Virus record (IMG/VR): IMGVR_UViG_3300018080_000032
Location: 1 to 50,973 of that record
DNA: 50,973 nucleotides
Strand: one strand, 5' to 3'
Source: a virus
Taxonomy: Duplodnaviria > Caudoviricetes
The notes beneath the pieces are model-generated. The model was not told where the DNA came from. It worked only from the letters and a program-made list of their open reading frames with translations, and ran no database searches. Positions 43,892-50,973 of the stretch are shown in pieces (position 1 is the first letter of the stretch; each line of letters begins with the position of its first letter). The translations under genes were made by a program, and so were the position numbers.

Positions 43892-44296
43892 CTACAGGCG
43901 TCTAGCCGCCATCGCGTCCGGCAGCCCCACTTGGCCCTTCAGCAAGTCGTACAGCATCTGCTGGGCCTTCCAGAACGAGAGCCAGATGCCGTAGACTGCC
44001 GCGAACCACAGCTGGAGCCCGGCGAGCCACAGCAGCAGGTCACCGCTCCAGTCCGGGAATTGCGGCAGCTTGGAGCCCATCAAGTAGACTGCCAGAAGCG
44101 CCAGCGGCAGAGACGCCGCAGCCGTGACGTTGCGCTTGCCCCACTTCTCCCCGAGTGACGTTTTCGCGACAAAGAAGTTGATGACGATCGTCACCAGCGG
44201 GAGCAGCACCTGCACGGCAGGCGGCAGTTCGGTGTCCTGGAGCAGCGCCATCAGAGCTAGCGATGCCAGGACGAGGACGAGTTGGATCAGAAGCAT
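43892..44296 (-). CDS. Multi-TM membrane protein, putative holin
   Basis: About four hydrophobic helices; last gene of the lysis module; GGAGG RBS. Confidence 0.65.
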   Translation of the reverse strand: MLLIQLVLVLASLALMALLQDTELPPAVQVLLPLVTIVINFFVAKTSLGEKWGKRNVTAAASLPLALLAVYLMGSKLPQFPDWSGDLLLWLAGLQLWFAAVYGIWLSFWKAQQMLYDLLKGQVGLPDAMAARRL

Positions 44297-44354
44297 GTTC
44301 TACCTCCGTTGGTTTGGGCGCGGTCGCCGATCGCTGCGGACGCGGAGCTCTGGG

Positions 44355-44666
44355 TTAGCGATCGTCGTCCTGTACGCCTGCGTGATCGTGCCTGGTCCTG
44401 ATCTCCTCCCTCAGCTCCTTGCGGGCGCGGCCGTGAATGCTGCGCAGGTCGCCAGCCGCCAGGTCGTGGAGGTAGGCCATGTCGTCGGTGAACTCGAGGA
44501 GTTCCTTGATCTCGTGCTTCGCTCGCCGGAAGGTACGCATCTTGTCTGCGTACATCTGGCTGAGCGTCGCGAGGTCCAAGTTGGCGGCCGATACCTCGAC
44601 GGTGGCCACCGATGGATCGAAACAAGTGCCTTCCATGCTGTTTCTCCTTTCCGTCAGGCTCCGCAC
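44355..44666 (-). CDS. Hypothetical helical protein (start probably ATG 44636)
   Basis: AAGGAG RBS before MEGTCF. Confidence 0.55.
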   Translation of the reverse strand: MRSLTERRNSMEGTCFDPSVATVEVSAANLDLATLSQMYADKMRTFRRAKHEIKELLEFTDDMAYLHDLAAGDLRSIHGRARKELREEIRTRHDHAGVQDDDR

Positions 44667-44742
44667 TCACCGCCGCCCTAGGGACTGCGGCAGCCTCGGA
44701 GCTTCACCGGATATGTGAAACGGGATACATTCCCGCGTCCGC

Positions 44743-45063
44743 CTAGCTCAGTCGCCTCAGCACTCCGAAGTCGTAGCCGATCTCCTCGAGCTGCTCCACG
44801 GTCAGGACCGCACTCTCCGGCGGTCTGCCGCGCAGCTTGAACACGATCGCGACATCGCCGACGCCCTGCTGGTACTGAATGCGATTGACGGGCACATCGA
44901 TGTCCAGCAGGCGGCTCAGGATGGCCGCTGTGCTCTCGTGGCCGATGGCGCTCTGCCAGCCGGGCGCATCGGCCAGAAGTCGGCGTGCGCTTTCGATCGT
45001 CGCGGGTGAGTACTGATACTGCCCGAAGGAAGTCAGGATCGACGTGTTGAGTAGAGTGATCAT
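44743..45063 (-). CDS. acrIII-1: AcrIII-1-like viral ring nuclease (DUF1874 / YddF / STIV B116 family)
   Basis: LLNTS, SAIGHESTA.ILS.LL, VPVNR, GD.AIVFKL.GRPPE..VL...LEEIGYDF cover the family motifs including the catalytic His. Confidence 0.88.
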   Translation of the reverse strand: MITLLNTSILTSFGQYQYSPATIESARRLLADAPGWQSAIGHESTAAILSRLLDIDVPVNRIQYQQGVGDVAIVFKLRGRPPESAVLTVEQLEEIGYDFGVLRRLS

Positions 45064-45644
45064 GGATACCTCACTGGTCTGTTTCTCCCGTAGTCGGGCG
45101 CTGCTCCATACGCAGCCCCTCGCATCGCGACCAAGTGCGGCATGACCTGGTCGCCCGGACAGCTCGTCTGAGACAGCTCCCGGTGGCCGCGCCAGACGTT
45201 GTAGCCGAGCACGTCATCGCAGGTGCAGAGCCACACGTAGAGGGCCTGCAACATTTCGGGCGTCGGGTCCGTCTGGGTGTAGTGGCCGCACAACGCCACG
45301 TGGACGCTTGTCGGATTCCACCTCGGCCCCGCCCCCCAGCTCATCTTCGACGGCGGGATCATCAGCTGCAGCCGCCCGTCGGGCGTGATACAAGCGTGGT
45401 AGCCGCCGGTTGTCGTGGCGTAGGGCCAGCGACTCTTGACGAAGAAGCGCCACAGGCAGTGCGCGTCGCACTTCTGCGAACCGGCCGTGTGGTGCACGAC
45501 ATATCGTGCGATGGCCGTCGATCCACCGGGCCGCGCGATGTGGTTGCCGCCGTAGAGCCGGATGAGCTCGTCGCCCAGGTAGGCGAATGAGGAGCCCAGC
45601 CGCTCGCGGAGCTTCCCGACGAAGACCGTATCTCTGTACATCAT
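45060..45644 (-). CDS. N-acetylmuramoyl-L-alanine amidase (Amidase_2) endolysin
   Basis: VVHHTAG, GYHACI, GHREL and TSCPG Zn-amidase motifs; ATGA-coupled start. Confidence 0.9.
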   Translation of the reverse strand: MMYRDTVFVGKLRERLGSSFAYLGDELIRLYGGNHIARPGGSTAIARYVVHHTAGSQKCDAHCLWRFFVKSRWPYATTTGGYHACITPDGRLQLMIPPSKMSWGAGPRWNPTSVHVALCGHYTQTDPTPEMLQALYVWLCTCDDVLGYNVWRGHRELSQTSCPGDQVMPHLVAMRGAAYGAAPDYGRNRPVRYP

Positions 45645-46927
45645 GGTTGAGCCTCCACTGCCGAGAACTCCTGCACCCTGACGGCCACATGCCAGGGCGA
45701 GCGGATCCACACGCCTGTGTGCAGCGCGCCAATGCCCGGATTGGCTGCCCGCAGGTCCTCGATGTCGTCGCGCGTCGGCTCGCAATCGAGTAACCGTCGC
45801 GCAATCGACCACCAGCCGTCACGCCGGCGGACCTCCGTCATTGCGAAGACCTGGCGCGTCGGCGTTGGATTCGGTTCTGGTTCCGGTTCCGGCTCAGGTT
45901 CCGGATCCGGATCCGGATCCACGCGCGGCACCTCACACTTCGTGGTGAAGTCGGCCATGTTCTCGAGTCGCCTCCGCAGGCCTTCGTTCTCCCAGATCAC
46001 GTTCTGGCCGTGCTCGGGCCCGCTGTTCCAGATGAACCAGGTTACCCCGAGCACGCGTCCCGATTGCGCCGCAGCCATGAGGAGCCCCGTCATCGCCGTC
46101 TCCGTCGCGTCGGTCTTGGCGTGGTGGGAGTGCGTCCAAGTGCCGGCCTCGGTGATGAGCAGCGGCTTGTCCGGGAACTGCGCGAGCATCCCGCCGGGAT
46201 CCGAGTCGTTCTTGAAGCCGCGGGGCCGGAAGTCCCGCAGCATGTACCAGTATTCGTCATCGCCGCCCGGCGCCGTCCGCTGGCCGTCCGCTCCCCAGTT
46301 GAGGTAGCAGTAGGGGTGCGAGGCCATGATGTCGCAGCGGTTGATCGCGGCGCGGATCTCCGGCACCTGGTACTCGCCGTCCGGCGGGTACCCTGGCGGC
46401 TCGTGGCCGAAGGCGAGCGCCGACCAGACCCGCAGGCACTTGTGGCCGGGAGCTGCACCGTCGAAGGCTTCCCAGAACAGGCTGTTCCACAGCCCGATGG
46501 CCTGGTAGTCGGCGACGGAATGCGCCACGTGCGGCTCGATGTTTTGCTCGTTCGCCGGCGAGATCGCGACGTAGGGATCGTCGAGTAGAGACGCCGTGCG
46601 GACGTGCCCGTCGGTCCAGTTGTCGAGCATCCTGACCGCGTGCTCTGCCCATCCGGCCGGGTCTAGTTCGCGCCAGTTGGGGTGATAGAGCCGAACGTGG
46701 ATCAGGCGTCGCGGCGCCGGGTCGATCTCCTGCTCGTCGAAGCCGTAGCGGAGCTTGCCGTACCAGAAGCGGTTCTCGACGTCGCCCCATTGGTCTGCAA
46801 CTTCGTCCCTTGCGAACATCAGATGGTGGAGGATCGTGACGGCGCCCTCTGGCCTCGCGACGCGGATCGCCTGTTCAACGTCCCAGTGGCGCGAGTTTGA
46901 GATGTGGATCCCGTTGACGACTCTCAT
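45641..46927 (-). CDS. Clan GH-A-like glycoside hydrolase with Pro-Glu linker and LysM-like domain
   Basis: ANEQN, SHPY and LITEAG; (DP/EP)n linker; DGWWSIARR...LRAANP. Confidence 0.8.
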   Translation of the reverse strand: MRVVNGIHISNSRHWDVEQAIRVARPEGAVTILHHLMFARDEVADQWGDVENRFWYGKLRYGFDEQEIDPAPRRLIHVRLYHPNWRELDPAGWAEHAVRMLDNWTDGHVRTASLLDDPYVAISPANEQNIEPHVAHSVADYQAIGLWNSLFWEAFDGAAPGHKCLRVWSALAFGHEPPGYPPDGEYQVPEIRAAINRCDIMASHPYCYLNWGADGQRTAPGGDDEYWYMLRDFRPRGFKNDSDPGGMLAQFPDKPLLITEAGTWTHSHHAKTDATETAMTGLLMAAAQSGRVLGVTWFIWNSGPEHGQNVIWENEGLRRRLENMADFTTKCEVPRVDPDPDPEPEPEPEPEPNPTPTRQVFAMTEVRRRDGWWSIARRLLDCEPTRDDIEDLRAANPGIGALHTGVWIRSPWHVAVRVQEFSAVEAQP

Positions 46928-47196
46928 GCGGCCCCCTCGTATTTGCGCTCGTAGTCCGGACATTCCCAGACCGGAAGCACTAGTCCCTGTGCCAGACAGA
47001 CGGCGTAGACCAGGTTCGCGATCGGGCAGTTGCCCTCGGGCATTCCAGGGTTGAACTTCGAGCATGTACCGCAAAGGCAGTGCTCCCGGTGCCTACCCTT
47101 CAGGCCGCGCCGCACCGCCACGTTGTTGCCGTGGTGCTCATAGCGAACGAAGTCGCTATCGATGTAGGACAAGGTAGGGTCGGTCGCGGTGCCCAT
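46924..47196 (-). CDS. Small Cys-rich hypothetical protein
   Basis: HCLCGTC, NCPIA and WECP motifs; coupled on both sides. Confidence 0.6.
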   Translation of the reverse strand: MGTATDPTLSYIDSDFVRYEHHGNNVAVRRGLKGRHREHCLCGTCSKFNPGMPEGNCPIANLVYAVCLAQGLVLPVWECPDYERKYEGAA

Positions 47197-48539
47197 CAGT
47201 TACTCCTCAGCTCCGGCGGCACTCCGACGCTGAAGTGCCCCACGTAGTCTCGTTCGGGGTGGTACAGGTAGCACTCGGCGGCGCGTTTGTGCTTGTAGCC
47301 CTTCTCGGCATGCCATTGGTCCCGAGCCACTAGACTCGGCATCACGCGCACGCGGACGCCATGGTCCTCGTCGACCGAGACGTACTTGACCTCTCGCTTG
47401 CGATGGGTGTGAGCCGTCCACCATTCGTGATGACTCGTCTCCGCCCAGAGCTCCGGCACGTCGGTGGCCATGATGACCGCCAGGTCTTTCTCCGGTGCCT
47501 CGTCGCCGTGAGCTAGCCCGATCAGCGTGTTGCAGTAGCGGAAGTACCGATGCGGTGTCGGCTCGTTGCGGATGGTCACGGCTTCGTCGGCGTGGAACCA
47601 GCACCACACTGAGTGCCCGAGGGTGAACATCGAGTCCTTGTCGTGGTTGCCCGGCACGACGACGACTTCGGTCGGCGCGATCATCCGCAGGCGCTCGATG
47701 ACTCGCACCAGGGCCCAGAATGCCCGCAAGTACATCTTCTGCCGCCGCGTGTCCACGTCGAGGCTCGTGCCCTTGGTCGTGGCACCTCCGGCTCCCTCGA
47801 TCGTCTGGTCTGCGTGCAGCCAGTCGTTTCCGGCGACGAATAGGATCTTCTCGACCTCGAAGCGCGTGACGTAGCTCAAGAGCTGCTCCAGCGCGTGGTC
47901 GAGGATTCGATCTGCAAGGTCGATGTCGTAGTCGTCGCCCGTCTCCTCGCCCCACGCCAGCAGGCCAAAATGGTGGTCGGCAATGCTCAGCGCCAGTAGA
48001 TGCGGGTCGGAGACCTTCGGGTACTTCGGCTTGCGGTAGTTCGGCGCGTGGTTCTTCAGGTCGTCCAGGAGGCCGGCCACGATGGCCTTCGCGTCGACCA
48101 GCGGCTGCAGCGGCCTCAGCCACGCTTTCACCTGCCACAGCGGCTCGACGATGATCTCGCCGTCTACGTTGGCCCCGACTTCCCACTTGTTGAGCACATG
48201 TCGGTATACCTCCCATCGCTCCAGGTCGACCTCGCAGACCTCGAGCAAGTGGTCGAGCGTGCGGATACGGTTGCTCCGCCGCGCCTCCAGGATGCGGCCC
48301 TGCTCGCTCGCGCTGTCGGTGACTTGCTCTCGTGGGCCGTCGGTGACAGCGGGGTCTTCCTCTTCCCGCTCGCCAGCGACCTCGACTCGCTTCTGCGAGC
48401 GCCGATAGACGGCAACGCGCGTCGCTGTTGCCGACTTGCCGAACTTCGCGCCTACCTCTTTCCACGTCAGTCCCTTGGCTTTGAGTGCTTCCGCCCGGTC
48501 GAGCAGTGCGTCCGTCCATACCTCCGGTCCGACGCTCAT
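47196..48539 (-). CDS. Calcineurin-like metallophosphoesterase with N-terminal HTH
   Basis: DHHFG, GNDWLH, PGNHD, HGD and AHTH motifs. Confidence 0.88.
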   Translation of the reverse strand: MSVGPEVWTDALLDRAEALKAKGLTWKEVGAKFGKSATATRVAVYRRSQKRVEVAGEREEEDPAVTDGPREQVTDSASEQGRILEARRSNRIRTLDHLLEVCEVDLERWEVYRHVLNKWEVGANVDGEIIVEPLWQVKAWLRPLQPLVDAKAIVAGLLDDLKNHAPNYRKPKYPKVSDPHLLALSIADHHFGLLAWGEETGDDYDIDLADRILDHALEQLLSYVTRFEVEKILFVAGNDWLHADQTIEGAGGATTKGTSLDVDTRRQKMYLRAFWALVRVIERLRMIAPTEVVVVPGNHDKDSMFTLGHSVWCWFHADEAVTIRNEPTPHRYFRYCNTLIGLAHGDEAPEKDLAVIMATDVPELWAETSHHEWWTAHTHRKREVKYVSVDEDHGVRVRVMPSLVARDQWHAEKGYKHKRAAECYLYHPERDYVGHFSVGVPPELRSN

Positions 48540-48587
48540 CTCCGCACCTTGGGTTACGGGTTAGCCTACTGACAAGGAGAATCGTCG

Positions 48588-48782
48588 CTACGGGCCGAAT
48601 CCGTTGACCAGCAGGTTCACTGCGAACAGGAGCGCAGATGTCGCCAGCGCCACCAGGATCCCGGTGAGCTTCTGGTTCATGGCCTCCACACAGTCACGCA
48701 TTTCCTTCATCTCGGACTCCAGATGGGTCACACGCACGTCGAGCTTGGCGACCGTCACCCGGTTGTTGTTGTCATCCGTCAT
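48588..48782 (-). CDS. Small coiled-coil plus C-terminal TM protein (XhlA-like)
   Basis: 64 aa; heptad pattern followed by a hydrophobic tail. Confidence 0.6.
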   Translation of the reverse strand: MTDDNNNRVTVAKLDVRVTHLESEMKEMRDCVEAMNQKLTGILVALATSALLFAVNLLVNGFGP

Positions 48783-48815
48783 GCGCGCAGCCCTCCGTCT
48801 TGGGCCGGATTGCCC

Positions 48816-48920
48816 CTACGTGTCTTGATAGATGCCGTACAGCAGCTTGAAGATGAGCAATGCGACCACGAGGCTCGCTGCCACCACGCCGACGATGATC
48901 CCGATTGTGAGTGCCGTCAT
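48816..48920 (-). CDS. 34-aa hydrophobic peptide
   Basis: MTALTIGIIVGVVAASLVVALLIFKLLYGIYQDT; ATGA-coupled with GGAGG RBS. Confidence 0.55.
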   Translation of the reverse strand: MTALTIGIIVGVVAASLVVALLIFKLLYGIYQDT

Positions 48921-49261
48921 GACTTCACCTCCGCAAAGCTCTTCGTGCCGCTCACGCAGCCGAGCAGTCGTCGCAGTTGGGCGGAATGGCTTGCCTCACG
49001 CTCGCACGGTAGCTCGCCGGGGAATCGCTCGCATTCTTCCATGTCGTCGGCCAGCGCCATTAGGAGGCGGAATAGTTCCCCGGTCATCGCGCCGTCAGGA
49101 AAGGCGGTGTAGCGTTCAAGCACCTCGCCCAACTCATCCCTTGCCATCACCGAGTGCTTGGGCATGTGCGCCGGGTGCAACCACTCGTCCGCCCAGTGCC
49201 GTATCTCGTCTAGTAGGGTCGGCCTATACTTGCTCGTATCAAACACCACCACCTCAACCAC
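48917..49261 (-). CDS. Hypothetical protein
   Basis: 114 aa; AGGAGG RBS. Confidence 0.55.
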   Translation of the reverse strand: MVEVVVFDTSKYRPTLLDEIRHWADEWLHPAHMPKHSVMARDELGEVLERYTAFPDGAMTGELFRLLMALADDMEECERFPGELPCEREASHSAQLRRLLGCVSGTKSFAEVKS

Positions 49262-49264
49262 ATC

Positions 49265-49360
49265 TCACCTCCTGATCAGCCATCGAATCGTCCAGATGTT
49301 CGCCGCCGTGATTGCCGCGAACGCGAGTGCCACCGTCAGGAGTGCGAACCAGTCGCTCAT
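49265..49360 (-). CDS. 31-aa hydrophobic peptide
   Basis: MSDWFALLTVALAFAAITAANIWTIRWLIRR; ATGA-coupled. Confidence 0.5.
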   Translation of the reverse strand: MSDWFALLTVALAFAAITAANIWTIRWLIRR

Positions 49361-50505
49361 CGCCCCAATAGCCTCCCGGCCAACATGGCTAGGGATGCAT
49401 CCGTCAGCCCGAAGCCCCGCTGATCCCACGGATCTCCCGATTGATCTGCGCGGTAGATGATCGCCAGCGGGATGTCCTCCGCCTCAAGCACGTCCAGCAT
49501 GTTGCCAAGAACGGCATGTTGTTGCGGCGAGTTGTCCCCGAACTCCGTCACCCAGATCGGCACCGAGCTCGGCAAGTACTTGTGGACCAGCTTGCGGAAC
49601 TCCTGCAGCTTGCTTGCGTCCGACGCCCAGCCGCCCGCGTGGTACAGGTGCACTGCCGCCGCGTCCAAGCACTCGCCGTTGCGTGTGCCTGGACACTGGT
49701 AGCCCGAGAGCGCCCTGAAGTAGCGATCGGCCCACCAGTATTGGGCGGTGGTCTCGAAGGTGAGGCCCGGAGCCGATACAATCAGAGCTGGCGTATTGGC
49801 CACTCGCTGCCTAGCGTCGGTGATCTCGCTGCGCGTACCGGCCAGCGGGTCTACACCTGATGTAGCCTCGCGGACTGCCGTGTAGACCGCCGCCTGCCGG
49901 TAGGCGAAGAACTCCGGCCCCTGAGCACACTGGTCCGGCTCGTTGTCGGCCCGCATCGCAATCAGCCGCGGGCCGAAGGTGCGAGCCAGGTGCGCCACCT
50001 CTTGCGCATACTGCGCTGAGCTGCCGGGGTAGCAGGTGCCGTAAGTGGCGAGGGAGGCAACGAGCCCGGCGGCCTCGGCCTTGGAGATCTCCCCGTTGGC
50101 CCAGGCGTCGACGTTCTTGCCCGGCTCCTGCTGCACCCTTACGTCGGCGAGCTCGATGCCCGCCGCCGGGACTCTCTCCCACGAGGATGCGGGCTCGTTG
50201 CCAAGCCACCGCGCCCCCACGAGGATCGGGCAGTAGACTGGCCGCGTTGGTACAGCCGTGGGCAGAATTGTCGGACGAGGTGTGACTTCCGTGCCGTGGG
50301 CTGTTGGCGTCGGCACTAGATCCGGCGTTCGTGTTAGTGTTTGCGACGGTATTACACTAGGCGGCGGCGTCATCGTGGCGCAGACTGTCACTTCCCAGCA
50401 CACCTCGCCGGGGGCGCACTCTGCCTCACTGTCCGCGCCAATGGCGACGGCCAGCAGCCACGCCAGGACGAACGCCAGCAGGAACGCCAGGAGCCAGCGC
50501 TTCAT
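49357..50505 (-). CDS. Secreted clan GH-A glycoside hydrolase with signal peptide and Pro/Thr linker
   Basis: MKRWLLAFLL signal peptide; DNEPD, AVHLY and PIWVTEFG motifs. Confidence 0.82.
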   Translation of the reverse strand: MKRWLLAFLLAFVLAWLLAVAIGADSEAECAPGEVCWEVTVCATMTPPPSVIPSQTLTRTPDLVPTPTAHGTEVTPRPTILPTAVPTRPVYCPILVGARWLGNEPASSWERVPAAGIELADVRVQQEPGKNVDAWANGEISKAEAAGLVASLATYGTCYPGSSAQYAQEVAHLARTFGPRLIAMRADNEPDQCAQGPEFFAYRQAAVYTAVREATSGVDPLAGTRSEITDARQRVANTPALIVSAPGLTFETTAQYWWADRYFRALSGYQCPGTRNGECLDAAAVHLYHAGGWASDASKLQEFRKLVHKYLPSSVPIWVTEFGDNSPQQHAVLGNMLDVLEAEDIPLAIIYRADQSGDPWDQRGFGLTDASLAMLAGRLLGR

Positions 50506-50732
50506 GGCAGGTATCCCGCGAAGCCGAACGGTGCCTCGTCGCCCCAGTCGTCACCGTCGTAGTCGTCCGTGTAGGGGTCCGGCGCCCCGACGGCGCCCGT
50601 GAACTCCGGCGAGTCGGCCATGACGTGTACCGTCCGATCCGGCTCATACGACACGGCGCGCATCACGAGATAGATGCTCGCCGGAATGGCCGCGATAGCC
50701 GACACGAGAACGCAGGCCGTGGGGCGGTCCAT
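50502..50732 (-). CDS. Small single-TM protein with acidic tail
   Basis: 76 aa, coupled on both sides. Confidence 0.55.
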   Translation of the reverse strand: MDRPTACVLVSAIAAIPASIYLVMRAVSYEPDRTVHVMADSPEFTGAVGAPDPYTDDYDGDDWGDEAPFGFAGYLP

Positions 50733-50830
50733 CAGCTCATCAGCCAGTCGAGCACAGCGCTGGCCAAGCGAATCGTGACCAGTGCAGCCACGACTAGCGG
50801 GACCAGCGTCAATCGTGCTATTGTCGCCAT
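50732..50830 (-). CDS. 32-aa hydrophobic peptide
   Basis: MATIARLTLVPLVVAALVTIRLASAVLDWLMS; AGGAGG RBS and TGATG coupling. Confidence 0.5.
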   Translation of the reverse strand: MATIARLTLVPLVVAALVTIRLASAVLDWLMS

Positions 50831-50850
50831 GCGGACCTCCTACGGTCTGC

Positions 50851-50973
50851 TCTGAGCGGGGGCAATCCTGTCCAGGGGCCGCCCCCGCTCACCCTACGTC
50901 TCTCTACCGGATATGTCGGCAACCAACGCCAGGACTCTGGCCTTCCCTTGCGTGCAATCACCCGGCACCAACA
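50851..50973 (+). repeat. Terminal direct repeat, right copy; probably assembly circularisation overlap
   Basis: Exact copy of 1-123 that cuts through the 3' end of CDS 44..439. Confidence 0.98.

Larger units (their letters stand above)
1..50973. mobile_element. Complete temperate siphovirus-like phage genome (circular assembly, ~50,850 bp unique)
   Basis: Contains packaging, head, tail, lysis, replication and integrase modules, no host housekeeping genes, and identical 123-bp ends. Confidence 0.93.

Noticed and set aside
45868-45920. 6-bp tandem repeats as a regulatory or contingency locus
   Set aside because: They encode the Asp-Pro/Glu-Pro linker of the GH-LysM protein with synonymous variation.
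47200-48519. 439-aa alternative-frame ORF over the phosphoesterase
   Set aside because: Arg-rich off-frame shadow typical of high GC at third codon positions.
50851-50973. 123-bp terminal repeat as a biological direct terminal repeat
   Set aside because: It cuts through a coding gene far from terS and is better explained as assembler overlap of a circular contig; read-end data would be needed.
1-50973. CRISPR array, diversity-generating retroelement, retron or Mu-type transposition
   Set aside because: I saw no repeat-spacer array, reverse transcriptase motifs, template/variable repeat pair or DDE transposase; the Mu similarity is limited to head and neck genes.

Overview
The window looks like a complete, circularly assembled temperate tailed-phage genome of about 50,850 bp; bases 1-123 recur exactly at 50851-50973. 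It is high-GC and almost all genes are on the minus strand. In transcription order from about 40.6 kb leftwards it carries: a tyrosine integrase and accessory genes; an early module (SMC-like ATPase, RecE-like exonuclease, putative annealing protein, tRNA-Ile plus a run of tRNA-like RNAs, two LexA-type HTH proteins, ASCH, DUF5131 with an in-frame HNH, DnaA domain IV, replication initiator, DnaC-like loader); TerS/TerL; an accessory fibre cassette; a Mu-like head (portal fused to a MuF-like domain, gpI-like protease, gpT-like capsid); and a siphovirus tail (two tube-like genes, frameshifted chaperone, TMP, Dit, hub). Across the junction follows a lysis/accessory module (secreted GH, metallophosphoesterase, GH-LysM, amidase, an AcrIII-1-like ring nuclease, holin-like protein), with a methyltransferase at 40.9-42.3 kb. 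Pro/Thr-linker secreted proteins suggest a Chloroflexota-like monoderm host, which is inference only. The most novel-looking signals are a tandem array of tRNA-scaffolded non-coding RNAs (31.18-31.67 kb), an orphan ~170-nt structured RNA (40.72-40.90 kb), an intein-less HNH inserted in DUF5131, a sar-like antisense RNA, an internally inverted secreted-protein gene, and a structured late leader behind a duplicated promoter motif. All calls come from reading motifs by eye; no searches were run.
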